From Eledone cirrhosa (taxonomy: Eukaryota): a stretch of 64,000 bases of DNA. Both the position numbers and the translations under genes were made by a program. A model generated the notes under the pieces. The model did no database searches, was not told the DNA's origin, and was given only the letters and a program-made list of their open reading frames with translations. This document shows positions 42,801 through 57,320 of this stretch, piece after piece (the first letter of the stretch is position 1; each line of letters begins with the position of its first letter). The stretch covers positions 6,200,001 through 6,264,000 of the forward strand of contig OZ024741.1 in the NCBI GenBank assembly GCA_964016885.1, written 5' to 3'.

Positions 42801-45180
42801 AGATGTAAAGGTATTCTGTACCTGACAGGTATGAAGGTATTCTGTTCCTGACAGATGTAAAGGTATTCTGTACCTGACAGGTATAAAGGTATTCTGTACC
42901 TGACAGGTATAAAGGTATTCTGTTCCTGACAGATATAAAGGTATTCTGTACCTGACAGATATAAAATATTCTGTACCTGACAGATGTAAAGGTATTCTGT
43001 TGCTGACAGATGTAAAGGTATTCTGTACCTGACAGGTATAAAGGTATTCTGTACCTGACAGGTATAAAGGTATTCTGTTCCTGACAGATGTAAAGGTATT
43101 CTGTACCTGACAGGTATAAAGGTATTCTGTTCCTGACAAGTAAAAAGGTATTTTGTTTCTGACAGGTATAAAGATATTCTGTTCCTGACAGGTATAAAGG
43201 TATTCTGTACCTGACAGGTATAAAGGCATTCTGTACCTGACAGGAATGAAGGTATTCTGTTCCTGACAGTTGTAAAGGTATTCTGTTCCTGACAGATGTA
43301 AAGGTATTCTGTACCTGACAGGTATAAAGGTATTCTGTACCTGACAGGTATAAAGGTATTCTGTTCCTGACAGATTTAAAGGTATTCTGTTCCTGACAGA
43401 TGTAAAGGTATTCTGTACCTGACAAGTATAAAGGTATTCTGTACCTGACAGGTATAAAGGTATTCTGTTCCTGACAGATGTAAAGGTATTCTGTACCTGA
43501 CAGATGTAAAGGTATTCTGTACCTGACAGATATAAAGGTATTCTGTACCTGACAGGTATAAAGGTATTCTGTTTCTGACAGGTATAGAGGTATTCTGTAC
43601 CTGACAGGTATAAAGGTATTCTCTACCTGACAGGTATAAAGGTATTCTGTACCTGACAGATATAAAGGTATTCTGTTCCTGACATGTATAAAGGTATTCT
43701 GTACCTGACATATATAAAGGTATTCTGTACCTGACAGGTATAAATTATTCTGTACCTGACAGGTATAAAGGTATTCTGTACCTGACAGGTATAAAGGTAT
43801 TCTGTACCTGACAGGTATAAAGGTATTCTGTACCTGACAGGTATAAAGGTATTCTGTACCTGAGAGATATAAAGGTATTCTGTACCGGACAGGTATAAAG
43901 GTATTCCGTACCTGACAGGTATAAAGGTATTCTGTACCTGACAGGTATAAAGGTATTCTGTACCTGACAGATATAAAGGTATTCTGTTCCTGACATGTAT
44001 AAAGGTATTCTGTACCTGACAGATATAAAGGTATTCTGTACCTGACAGGTATAAATTATTCTGTACCTGACAGATATAAAGGTATTCTGTTCCTGACAGA
44101 TGTAAAGGTATTCTGTTCCTGACAGATGTAAAGGTATTCTGTACCTGACAGGTATAAAGGTATGCTGTACCTGACAGATGTAAAGGTATACTGTACCTGA
44201 CAGATGTAAAGGTATTCTGTACCTGACAGGTATAAAGGTATTCTGTAGCTGACAGGTATAAAGTTATTCTGTCCCTGACAGATAAAAAGGTATTCTGTAC
44301 CTGACAGATGTAAAGGTATTCTTTACCTGACAGATATAAAGGTATTCTGTACCTGACAGATGTAAAGGTATTCTGTTCCTGACAGATGTAAATTTTTTCT
44401 GTACCTGACAGATGTAAAGGTATTCTGTTCCTGACAGATATAAAGGTATTCTGTTCCTGACAGATGTAAAGGTATTCTATACCTGACAGATGTAAAGGTA
44501 TTCTGTACCTGACAGATGTAAAGGTATTCTGTACCTGACATGTATAAAGGTATTCTGTACCTGACAGGTATAAAGGTATTCTGTACCTGACAGATGTAAA
44601 GGTATTCTGTTCCTGACAGGTATAAAGGTATTCTGTACCTGACAGATGTAAAGGTATTCTGTACCTGACAGGTATAAAGGTATTCTGTTCCTGACAGATG
44701 TAAAGGTATTCTGTTCCTGACAGATGTAAAGGTATTCTGTACCTGACAGGTATAAAGGTATTCTGTACCTGACAGGTATAAAGGTATTCTGTTCCTGACA
44801 GATGTAAAGGTATTCTGTACCTGACAGATGTAAAGGTATTCCGTACCTGACAGGTATATAGGTATTCTGTACCTGACACGTATAAAGGTATTCTGTTCAA
44901 GACAGGTATAAAAGTATTATGTTCCTGACAGGTATAAAGGTATTTTGTTTCTGACAGGTATAAAGATAGTCTGTTACTGACAGGTATAAAGGTATTCTGT
45001 ACTTGACAGGTATAAGGGTATTCTGTACCTGACAGATGTAAAGGCATTCTGTACTTGACAGATGTAAAGGTATTCTGTACCTGTCAGATGTAAAGGTATT
45101 CTGTACCTGACAGGTATAAAGGTATTCTGTACCTGACAGATGTAAAGGTATTCTGTACCTGACAGGTATGAAGGTATTCT
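33830..45180. repeat. Five-copy higher-order repeat, units alternating about 2.8-2.9 kb and about 2.3 kb; boundaries approximate
   Basis: A diagnostic monomer with a T6 run (aattttttctgtacc) lies at 34085, 36993, 39278, 42082 and 44393, giving spacings 2908, 2285, 2804 and 2311. The markers gatagtctg, cctgtcag and gtacttgac recur in the same order. Confidence 0.88.
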
Positions 45181-48100
45181 GTTCCTGACAGATGTAAAGG
45201 TATTCTGTACCTGACAGGTATAGAGGTATTCTGTACCTGACAGGTATAAAGGTATTCTGTACCTGACAGGTATAAAGGTATTCTGTTCCTGACAGATATA
45301 AAGGTATTCTGTACCTGACAGATATAAAGGTATTCTGTACCTGACAGATGTAAAGGTATTCTGTACCTGACAGATGTAAAGGTATTCTGTACCTGACAGG
45401 TATAAAGGTATTCTGTACCTGACAGGTATAAAGGTATTCTGTTCCTGACAGATGTAAAGGTATTCTGTACCTGACAGATGTAAAGATATTCTGTACCTGA
45501 CAGGTATAAAGGTATTCTGTACCTGACAGGTATAAAGGTATTCTGTTCCTGACAGATGTAAAGGTATTCTGTTCCTGACAAATGTAAAGGTATTCTGTAC
45601 CTGACAGGTATAAAGGTATTCTGTACCTGACAGGTAAAAAGGTATTCTGTTCCTGACAGATGTAAAGGTATTCTGTAACTGACAGATGTAAAGGTATTCT
45701 GTACCTGACAGATATAAAGGTATTCTGTACCTAACAGGTATAAAGGTATTCTGTTTCTGTCAGGTATAGAGGTATTCTGTACCTGACAGGTATAAGGGTA
45801 TTCTGTACCTGACAGGTATAAAGGTATTCTGTACCTGACAGATATAAAGGTATTCTGTTCCTCACATGTATAAAGGTATTCTGTACCTGACAGATATAAA
45901 GGTATTCTGTACCTGACAGGTATAAAGGTATTCCGTACCTGACAGGTATAAAGGTATTCTGTACCTGACAGATATAAAAGTATTCAGTACCTGACAGGTA
46001 TAAAGGTATTCTGTACCTGACAGGTATAAAGGTATTCTGTTCCTGACAGATGTAAAGGTATTCTGTACCTGACAGATGTAAAGGTATTCTGTTGCTGACA
46101 GGTATAAAGGTTTACTGTACCTGACAGGTATAAAGGTATTCTGTTCCTGACAGATGTAAAGGTATTCTGTTCCTGACAGATGTAAAGTTATTCTGTACCT
46201 GACAGGTATAAAGGTATTCTGTACCTGACAGGTATAAAGGTATTTTGTTCCTGACAGATGTAAAGGTATTCTGTACCTGACAGATGTAAAGGTATTCTGT
46301 ACCTGACAGGTATAAAGGTATTCTGTACCTGACAGGTATAAAGGTATTCTGTTCAAGACAGGTATAAAGGTATTATGTTCCTGACAGGTATAAAGGTATT
46401 TTGTTTCTGACAGGTATAAAGATATTCTGTTCCTGACAGGTATAAAGGTATTCTGTACCTGACAGGTATAAAGGCATTCTGTACCTGACAGGTATAAAGG
46501 TATTTTGTTCATGACAGATGTAAAGTTATTCTATTCCTGACAGAGGAAAAGGTATTCTGTACCTGACAGGTATAAGGGTATTCTGTACCTGACAGTTGTA
46601 AAGGCATTCTGTACCTGACAGATGTAAAGGTATTCTGTACTTGACAGATGTAAAGGTATTCTGTACCTGACAGCTATAAAGGTATTCTGTACCTGACAGA
46701 TGTAAAGGTATTCTGTACCTGACAAGTATAAAGGTATTCTGTTCCTGACAGATGTAAAGGTATTCTGTACCTGACAGATGTAAAGTTATTCTGTTCCTGA
46801 CAGGTATAAAGGTATTCTGTACCTGACAGGTATAAAGGTATTCTGTACCTGACAGGTATAAAGATATTCTGTACCTGATAGATATAAAGGTATTCTGTAC
46901 GTAACAGATGTAAAGGTATTCTGTTCCTGACAGATATAAAGGTATTCTGTACCTGACAGATATAAAGGTATTCTGTACCTGACAGATGTAAAGGTATTCT
47001 GTACCTGACAGATGTAAAGGTATTCTGTACCTGACAGGTATAAAGGTATTCTGTACCTGACAGGTATAAAGGTATTGTGTTCCTGAGATATGTAAAGGTA
47101 TTCTGTACCTGACAGATGTAAAGGTATTCTGTTCCTGACAGATGTAAAGGAATTCTGTACCTGACAGATATAAAAGTATTCTGTACCTGACAGGTATAAA
47201 GGTATTCTGTACCTGACAGGTATAAAGGTATTCTGTTCCTGACAGATGTAAAGGTATTCTGTACCTGACAGATGTAAAGGTATTCTGTTCCTGACAGGTA
47301 TAAAGGTATTCTGTACCTGACAGGTATAAAGGTATTCTGTTGCTGACAGATGTAAAGGTATACTGTTCCTGACAGATATAAAGGTATTCTGTACCTGACA
47401 GGTATAAAGGTATTCTGTACCTGACAGGTATAAAGGTATTCTGTTCCTGACAGATGTAAAGGTATTCTGTACCTGACAGATGTAAAAGTATTCTGTACCT
47501 GACAGGTATAAAGGTATTCTGTACCTGACAGGTATAAAGGTATTCTGTTCCTGACAGGTACAAAGGTATTCTGTACCTGACATGTATAAAGGCATTCTGT
47601 ACCTGACAGGTATAAAGGTATTCTGTTCCTGACAGATGTAAAGGTATTCTGTTCCTCACAGATGTAAAGGTATTCTTTACCTGACAGGTATAAGGGTATT
47701 CTGTACCTGACAGACTTAAAGGTATTCTGTACCTGACAGATGTAAAGGTATTCTGTAACTGACAGATGTAAAGATATTCTGTACCTAACAGATGTAAAGG
47801 TATTCTGTACCTGGCAGATGTAAAGGTATTCTGTACCTGACAGATATAAAGGTATTCTGTACCTGACAGGTATAAAGGTATTCTGTTCCTGACAGATGTA
47901 AAGGTATTCTGTACCTGACAGATGTAAAGGTATTCTGTTCCTGACAGGTATAAAGGTATTCTGTACCTGACAAGCATAAAGGTATTCTGTACCTGACAGG
48001 TATAAAGGTATTCTGTACCTGACAGATATAAAGGTATTCTGTTCCTGACAGGTATAAAGGTATTCTGTACCTGACAGGTATAAAGGTATTCTGTTCCTGA

Positions 48101-48249
48101 CAGATATAAAGGTATTCTGTACCTGACAGGTATAAAGGTATTCTGTACCTGACAGATGTAAAGGTATTCTGTACCTGATAGATGTAAAGGTATTATGTAC
48201 CTGACAGGTATAAAGGTATTCTGTACTTGACAGGTATAAAGGTATTCTG

Positions 48250-50860
48250 TACCTGACAGGTATAAAGGTATTCTGTACCTGACAGGTATAAAGGTATTCT
48301 GTACCTGACAGGTATAAAGGTTTTCTGTACCTGACAGGTATAAAGGTATTCTGTTCCTGACAGGTATAAAGGTATTCTGTACCTGACAGATGTAAAGGTA
48401 TTCAGTACCTGACAGGTATAAAGGTATGCTGTACCTGACAGGTATAAAGGTATTCTGTTCCTGCAAGGTATAAAAATATTCTGTACCTGGCAGATGTAAA
48501 GGTATTCTGTACCTGACAGGTATAAAGGTATTCTGTTACTGACAGGTATAAAGGTATTCTGTACCTGACAGATGTAAATGTATTCTGTACCTGACAGGTA
48601 TAAAGGTATTCTGTACCTGACAGGTATAAAGGTATTCTGTTCCTGACAGGTATAAAGGTATTCTGTACCTGACAGGTATAAAGGCATTCTGTACCTGACA
48701 GGTATAAAGTTATTCTGTTCCTGACAGATGTAAAGGTATTCTGTTCCTCACAGATGTAAAGGTATTCTTACCTGACAGGTATAAGGGTTTTCTGTACCTG
48801 ACAGATGTAAAGGTATTCTGTACCTGACAGATGTAAAGGTATTCTGTAACTGACAGAAGTAAAGATATTCTGTACCTGACAGATGTAAAGGTATTCTGTA
48901 CCTGACAGATGGAAAGGTATTCTGTACCTGACAGGTATAAAGGTATTCTGTACCTGACAGGTATAAAGGTATTCTGTTCCTGACAGATGTAAAGGTATTC
49001 TGTACCTGACAGATGTAAAGGTATTCTGTTCCTGACAGGTATAAAGGTATTCTGTACCTGACAGGTATAAAATGTATTCTGTTCCTGACAGGTATAAAGG
49101 TATTCTGTACCTGACAGATGTAAAGGTATTCTGTACCTGATAGATGTAAAGGTATTATGTACCTGACAGGTATAAAGGTATTCTGTACTTGACAGGTATA
49201 AAGGTATTCTGTACCTGACAGGTATAAAGGTATTTTGTACCTGACAGGTATAAAGGTATTCTGTACCGGACAGGTATAAAGGTATTCTGTACCTGACAGG
49301 TATAAAGGTATTCTGTTCCTGACAGGTATAAAGGTATTCTGTACCTGACAGATGTAAAGGTATTCTGTACCTGACAGGTATAAAGGTATGCTGTACCTGA
49401 CAGGTATAAAGGTATTCTGTTCCTGAAAGGTATAAAAATATTCTGTACCTGGCAGATGTAAAGGTATTCTGTACCTGACAGGTATAAAGGTATTCTGTAC
49501 CTGACAGATGTAAAGGTATTCTGTACCTGACAGGTATAAAGGTATGCTGTACCTGACAGATGTAAAGGTATTCTGTACCTGACAGATGTAAAGGTATTCT
49601 GTACCTGACAGATATAAAGGTATTCTGTACCTGACAGGTATAAAGGTATTCTGTACCTGACAGGTATAAAGGTTTTCTGTACCTGACAGGTATAAAGGTA
49701 TTCTGTTCCTGACAGGTATAAAGGTATTCTGTACCTGACAGATGTAAAGGTATTCAGTACCTGACAGGTATAAAGGTATGCTGTACCTGACAGGTATAAA
49801 GGTATTCTGTTCCTGAAAGGTATAAAAATATTCTGTACCTGGCAGATGTAAAGGTATTCTGTACCTGACAGGTATAAAGGTATTCTGTTACTGACAGGTA
49901 TAAAGGTATTCTGTACCTGACAGATGTAAATGTATTCTGTACCTGACAGGTATAAAGGTATTCTGTACCTGACAGGTATAAAGGTATTCTGTTCCTGACA
50001 GGTATAAAGGTATTCTGTACCTGACAGGTATAAAGGCATTCTGTACCTGACAGGTATAAAGTTATTCTGTTCCTGACAGATGTAAAGGTATTCTGTTCCT
50101 CACAGATGTAAAGGTATTCTTACCTGACAGGTATAAGGGTTTTCTGTACCTGACAGATGTAAAGGTATTCTGTACCTGACAGATGTAAAGGTATTCTGTA
50201 ACTGACAGAAGTAAAGATATTCTGTACCTGACAGATGTAAAGGTATTCTGTACCTGACAGATGGAAAGGTATTCTGTACCTGACAGGTATAAAGGTATTC
50301 TGTACCTGACAGGTATAAAGGTATTCTGTTCCTGACAGATGTAAAGGTATTCTGTACCTGACAGATGTAAAGGTATTCTGTTCCTGACAGGTATAAAGGT
50401 ATTCTGTACCTGACAGGTATAAAATGTATTCTGTTCCTGACAGGTATAAAGGTATTCTGTACCTGACAGATGTAAAGGTATTCTGTACCTGATAGATGTA
50501 AAGGTATTATGTACCTGACAGGTATAAAGGTATTCTGTACTTGACAGGTATAAAGGTATTCTGTACCTGACAGGTATAAAGGTATTTTGTACCTGACAGG
50601 TATAAAGGTATTCTGTACCGGACAGGTATAAAGGTATTCTGTACCTGACAGGTATAAAGGTATTCTGTTCCTGACAGGTATAAAGGTATTCTGTACCTGA
50701 CAGATGTAAAGGTATTCTGTACCTGACAGGTATAAAGGTATGCTGTACCTGACAGGTATAAAGGTATTCTGTTCCTGAAAGGTATAAAAATATTCTGTAC
50801 CTGGCAGATGTAAAGGTATTCTGTACCTGACAGGTATAAAGGTATTCTGTACCTGACAGA
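48250..50860. repeat. Higher-order tandem duplication, 1352-bp offset; boundaries approximate
   Basis: The deletion monomer ggtattcttacctgac lies at 48761 and 50113. The variants cagaagtaaagat, gatggaaagg and aaaatgtattc repeat at the same offset. Confidence 0.8.
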
Positions 50861-53800
50861 TGTAAAGGTATTCTGTACCTGACAGATGTAAAGGTATTCT
50901 GTACCTGACAGATATAAAGGTATTCTGTACCTGACAGGTATAAAGGTATTCTGTACCTGACAGGTATAAAGGTATTCTGTTCCTGACAGATGTAAAGGTA
51001 TTCTGTACCTGACAGGTATAAACGTATTCTGTACCTGACAGGTATAAAGGTATTCTGTACCTGACAGATAAAAAGGTATTCTGTACCTGACAGGTATAAA
51101 CGTATTCTGTAACTGACAGGTATAAAGGTATTCTGTACCTGACAGGTATAAAGGTATTCTGTACCTGAGAGATATAAAGGTATTCTGTACCTGACAGGTA
51201 TAAGGGTATTCTGTACCTGACAGATGTAAAGGTATTCTGTACCTGACAGATGTAAAGGTATTCTGTACCTGACAGGTATAAAGGTATTCTGTACCCGACA
51301 GGTATAAAGGTATTCTGTCCCTGACAGATAAAAAGGTTTTCTGTACCTGACAGATGTAAAGGTATTCTTTACCTGATAGGTATAAAGGTATTTTGTACCT
51401 GACAGATGTAAAGGTATTCTGTTCCTGACAGATATAAAGGTATTCTGTTCCTGACAGATGTAAAGGTATTCTGTACCTGACAGATGTAAAGGTATTCTGT
51501 ACCTGACAGGTATAAAGGTATTCTGTACCTGACAGGTATAAAGGTATTCTGTAGGTGACAGATGTAAAGGTATTCTGTACTTGACAGGTATAAAGGTATT
51601 CTGTTCCTTACAGGTATAAAGGTATTCTGTACCTGACAGATGTAAAGGTATTCTGTACCTGACAGGTATAAAGGTATTCTGTACCTGACAGGTATAAAGG
51701 TATTCTGTACCTGACAGATATAAAAGTATTCTGTACCTGACAGGTATAAAGGTATTCTGTTCCTGACAGATGTAAAGGTATTCTGTACCTGACAGATGTA
51801 AAGGTATTCTGTTCCTGACAGGTATAAAGGTATTCTGTACCTGACAGGTATAAAGGTATTCTGTTCCTGACAGATGTAAAGGTATTCTGTTCCTGACAGA
51901 TGTAAAGGTATTCTGTACCTGACAGGTATAAAGGTATTCTGTACCTGACAGGTATAAAGGTATTCTGTTCCTGACAGATGTAAAGGTATTCTCTACCTGA
52001 CAGATGTAAAGGTATTCTGTACCTGACAGGTATAAAGGTATTCTGTTCAAGACAGGTATAAAGGTATTATGTTCCTGACAGGTATAAAGTATTTTGTTTC
52101 TGACAGGTATAAAGATATTCTGTTCCTGACAGGTATAAAGGTATTCTGTACCTGACAGGTATAAAGGCATTCTGTACCTGACAGGTATGAAGGTATTCTG
52201 TTCCTGACAGTTGTAAAGGTATTCTGTTTCTGACAGATGTAAAAGTATTCTGTACCTGACAGGTATAAGGGTATTCTGTACCTGACAGATGTAAAGGCAT
52301 TCTGTACCTGACAGATGTAAAGGTATTCTGTACCTGACAGGTATAAAGGTATTCTGTACCTGACAGGTATAAAGGTATTCTGTACCTGACAGGTATAAAG
52401 GTATTCTGTACCTGACAGGTATAAAGGTATTCTGTACCGGACAGATAAAAAGGTATTCTGTACCTGACAGGAATAAAGGTATTCTGTACCTGACAGATGT
52501 AAAGGTATTCTGTACCTGATAGATGTAAAGGTATTATGTATCTGAAAGGTATAAAGGTATTCTGTTCCTGACAGGTATAAAGGTATTCTGTACCTGACAA
52601 GCATAAAGGTATTCTGTACCTGACAGGTATAAAGGTATTCTGTTCCTGACAGGTATAAAGGTATTCTGTACCTGACAGGTATAAAGGTATTCTGTACCTG
52701 ACAGGTATAAAGGTTTTCTGTACCTGACAGGTATAAAGGTATTCTGTTCCTGACAGGTATAAAGGCATTCTGTACCTGACAGGTATAAAGGTATTCTGTT
52801 CCTCACAGATGTAAAGGTATTCTGTTCCTCACAGATGTAAAGGTATTCTGTACCTGACAGGTATAAGGGTATTCTGTACCTGACAGATGTAAAGGTATTC
52901 TGTACCTGACAGATGTAAAGGTATTCTGTAACTGACAGATGTAAAGATATTCTGTACCTGACAGGTATAAAGGTATTCTGTACCTGACAGGTATAAAGGT
53001 ATTCTGTACCTGACAGGTATAAAGGTATTCTGTACCTGACAGGTATAAAGGTATTCTGTACCGGACAGATAAAAAGGTATTCTGTACCTGACAGGTATAA
53101 AGGTATTCTGTTCCTGACAGGTATAAAGGTATTCTGTACCTGACAGTTATAAAGGTATTCTGTTCCTGACAGATATAAAGGTATTCTGTACCTGACAGAT
53201 ATAAAGGTATTCTGTACCTGACAGATGTAAAGGTATTCTGTACCTGACAGGTATGAAGGTATTCTGTTCCTGACAGTTGTAAAGGTATTCTGTTTCTGAC
53301 AGATGTAAAAGTATTCTGTACCTGACAGGTATAAGGGTATTCTGTACCTGACAGATGTAAAGGCATTCTGTACCTGACAGATGTAAAGGTATTCTGTACC
53401 TGACAGGTATAAAGGTATTCTGTACCTGACAGGTATAAGGGTATTCTGTACCTGACAGATGTAAAGGTATTCTGTACCTGACAGATGTAAAGGTATTCTG
53501 TAACTGACAGATGTAAAGATATTCTGTACCTGACAGGTATAAAGGTATTCTGTACCTGACAGGTATAAAGGTATTCTGTACCTGACAGGTATAAAGGTAT
53601 TCTGTACCTGACAGGTATAAAGGTATTCTGTTCCTGACAGATGTAAAGGTATTCTGTACCTGACAGATGTAAAGATATTCTGTACCTGACAGGTATAAAG
53701 GTATTCTGTACCTGACAGGTATAAAGGTATTCTGTTCCTGACAGATGTAAAGGTATTCTGTTCCTGACAGATGTAAAGGTATTCTGTACCTGACAGGTAT

Positions 53801-54829
53801 AAAGGTATTCTGTACCTGACAGGTATAAAGGTATTCTGTTCCTGACAGATGTAAAGGTATTCTGTAACTGACAGATGTAAAGGTATTCTGTACCTGACAG
53901 ATATAAAGGTATTCTGTACCTAACAGGTATAAAGGTATTCTGTTTCTGTCAGGTATAGAGGTATTCTGTACCTGACAGGTATAAGGGTATTCTGTACCTG
54001 ACAGGTATAAAGGTATTCTGTACATGACAGATATAAAGGTATTCTGTTCCTCACATGTATAAAGGTATTCTGTACCTGACAGATATAAAGGTATTCTGTA
54101 CCTGACAGGTATAAAGGTATTCCGTACCTGACAGGTATAAAGGTATTCTGTACCTGACAGATATAAAAGTAGTCAGTACCTGACAGGTATAAAGGTATTC
54201 TGTACTTGACAGGTATAAAGGTATTCTGTTCCTGACAGATGTAAAGGTATTCTGTACCTGACAGATGTAAAGGTATTCTGTTGCTGACAGGTATAAAGGT
54301 TTACTGTACCTGACAGGTATAAAGGTATTCTGTTCCTGACAGATGTAAAGGTATTCTGTTCCTGACAGATGTAAAGGTATTCTGTACCTGACAGGTATAA
54401 AGGTATTCTGTACCTGACAGGTATAAAGGTATTTTGTTCCTGACAGATGTAAAGGTATTCTGTACCTGACAGATGTAAAGGTATTCTGGACCTGACAGGT
54501 ATAAAGGTATTCTGTACCTGACAAGTATAAACGTATTCTGTTCAAGACAGGTATAAAGGTATTATGTTCCTGACAGGTATAAAGGTATTTTGTTTCTGAC
54601 AGGTATAAAGATATTCTGTTCCTGACAGGTATAAAGGTATTCTGTACCTGACAGGTATAAAGGCATTCTGTACCTGACAGGTATAAAGGTATTTTGTTCC
54701 TGACAGATGTAAAGGTATTCTGTTCCTGACAAGTATAAAGGTATTCTGTACCTGACAGGTATAAGGGTATTCTGTACCTGACAGATGTAAAGGCATTCTG
54801 TACCTGACAGATGTAAAGGTATTCTGTAC

Positions 54830-57320
54830 TTGACAGATGTAAATGTATTCTGTACCTGACAGGTATAAAGGTATTCTGTACCTGACAGATGTAAAGGTAT
54901 TCTGTACCTGACAAGTATAAAGGTATTCTGTTCCTGACAGATGTAAAGGTATTCTGTACCTGACAGGTATAAAGGTATTCTGTACCTGACAGGTATAAAG
55001 GTATTCTGTACCTGATAGATATAAAGGTATTCTGTACCTAACAGATGTAAAGGTATTCTGTTCCTGACAGATATAAAGGTATTCTGTACCTGACAGATAT
55101 AAAGGTATTCTGTACCTGACAGATGTAAAGGTATTCTGTACCTGACAGATGTAAAGGTATTCTGTACCTGACAGGTATAAAGGTATTCTGTACCTGACAG
55201 GTATAAAGGTATTCTGTTCCTGAGAGATGTAAAGGTATTCTGTACCTGACAGATGTAAAGGTATTCTGTACCTGACAGGTATAAAGGTATTCTGTTCCTG
55301 ACAGATGTAAAGGTATTCTGTACCTGACAGGTATAAAGGCATTCTGTACCTGACAGGTATAAAGGTATTCTGTTCCTGACAGATGTAAAGGTATTCTGTT
55401 CCTCACAGATGTAAAGGTATTCTGTACCTGACAGGTATAAGGGTATTCTGTACCTGACAGATGTAAAGGTATTCTGTACCTGACAGATGTAAAGGTATTC
55501 TGTAACTGACAGATGTAAAGATATTCTGTACCTGACAGATGTAAAGGTATTCTGTACCTGACAGATGGAAAGGTATTCTGTACCTGACAGGTATAAATGT
55601 ATTCTGTACCTGACAGGTATAAAGGTATTCTGTTCCTGACAGATGTAAAGGTATTCTGTACCTGACAGATGTAAAGGTATTCTGTTCCTGACAGGTATAA
55701 AGGTATTCTGTACCTGACAGGTATAAAATGTATTCTGTTCCTGACAGGTATAAAGGTATTCTATACCGGACAGACATAAAGGTATTCTGTACCTGACAGG
55801 TATAAAGTTATTCTGTACCTGACAGATGTAAAGGTATTCTGTACCTGATAGATGTAAAGGTATTATGTACCTGACAGGTATAAAGGTATTCTGTACTTGA
55901 CAGGTATAAAGGTATTCTGTACCTGACAGGTATAAAGGTATTTTGTACCTGACAGGTATAAAGGTATTCTGTACCTGACAGGTATAAAGGTATTCTGTAC
56001 CTGACAGGTATAAAGGTATTCTGTTCCTGACAGGTATAAAGGTATTCTGTACCTGACAGATGTAAAGGTATTCTGTACTTGACAGATGTAAATGTATTCT
56101 GTACCTGACAGGTATAAAGGTATTCTGTACCTGACAGATGTAAAGGTATTCTGTACCTGACAAGTATAAAGGTATTCTGTTCCTGACAGATGTAAAGGTA
56201 TTCTGTACCTGACAGGTATAAAGGTATTCTGTACCTGACAGGTATAAAGGTATTCTGTACCTGATAGATATAAAGGTATTCTGTACCTAACAGATGTAAA
56301 GGTATTCTGTTCCTGACAGATATAAAGGTATTCTGTACCTGACAGATATAAAGGTATTCTGTACCTGACAGATGTAAAGGTATTCTGTACCTGACAGATG
56401 TAAAGGTATTCTGTACCTGACAGGTATAAAGGTATTCTGTACCTGACAGGTATAAAGGTATTCTGTTCCTGAGAGATGTAAAGGTATTCTGTACCTGACA
56501 GATGTAAAGGTATTCTGTACCTGACAGGTATAAAGGTATTCTGTTCCTGACAGATGTAAAGGTATTCTGTACCTGACAGGTATAAAGGCATTCTGTACCT
56601 GACAGGTATAAAGGTATTCTGTTCCTGACAGATGTAAAGGTATTCTGTTCCTCACAGATGTAAAGGTATTCTGTACCTGACAGGTATAAGGGTATTCTGT
56701 ACCTGACAGATGTAAAGGTATTCTGTACCTGACAGATGTAAAGGTATTCTGTAACTGACAGATGTAAAGATATTCTGTACCTGACAGATGTAAAGGTATT
56801 CTGTACCTGACAGATGGAAAGGTATTCTGTACCTGACAGGTATAAATGTATTCTGTACCTGACAGGTATAAAGGTATTCTGATCCTGACAGATGTAAAGG
56901 TATTCTGTACCTGACAGATGTAAAGGTATTCTGTTCCTGACAGGTATAAAGGTATTCTGTACCTGACAGGTATAAAATGTATTCTGTTCCTGACAGGTAT
57001 AAAGGTATTCTATACCGGACAGACATAAAGGTATTCTGTACCTGACAGGTATAAAGTTATTCTGTACCTGACAGATGTAAAGGTATTCTGTACCTGATAG
57101 ATGTAAAGGTATTATGTACCTGACAGGTATAAAGGTATTCTGTACTTGACAGGTATAAAGGTATTCTGTACCTGACAGGTATAAAGGTATTTTGTACCTG
57201 ACAGGTATAAAGGTATTCTGTACCTGACAGGTATAAAGGTATTCTGTACCTGACAGGTATAAAGGTATTCTGTTCCTGACAGGTATAAAGGTATTCTGTA
57301 CCTGACAGATGTAAAGGTAT
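54830..57320. repeat. Higher-order tandem duplication, 1249-bp offset (48 monomers, one of them 27 bp); boundaries approximate
   Basis: ORF-track pairs 55038..55406 / 56287..56655 and 55403..55777 / 56652..57026 are near-identical and 1249 apart. The marker tataccggacagacata occurs twice. Confidence 0.82.
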
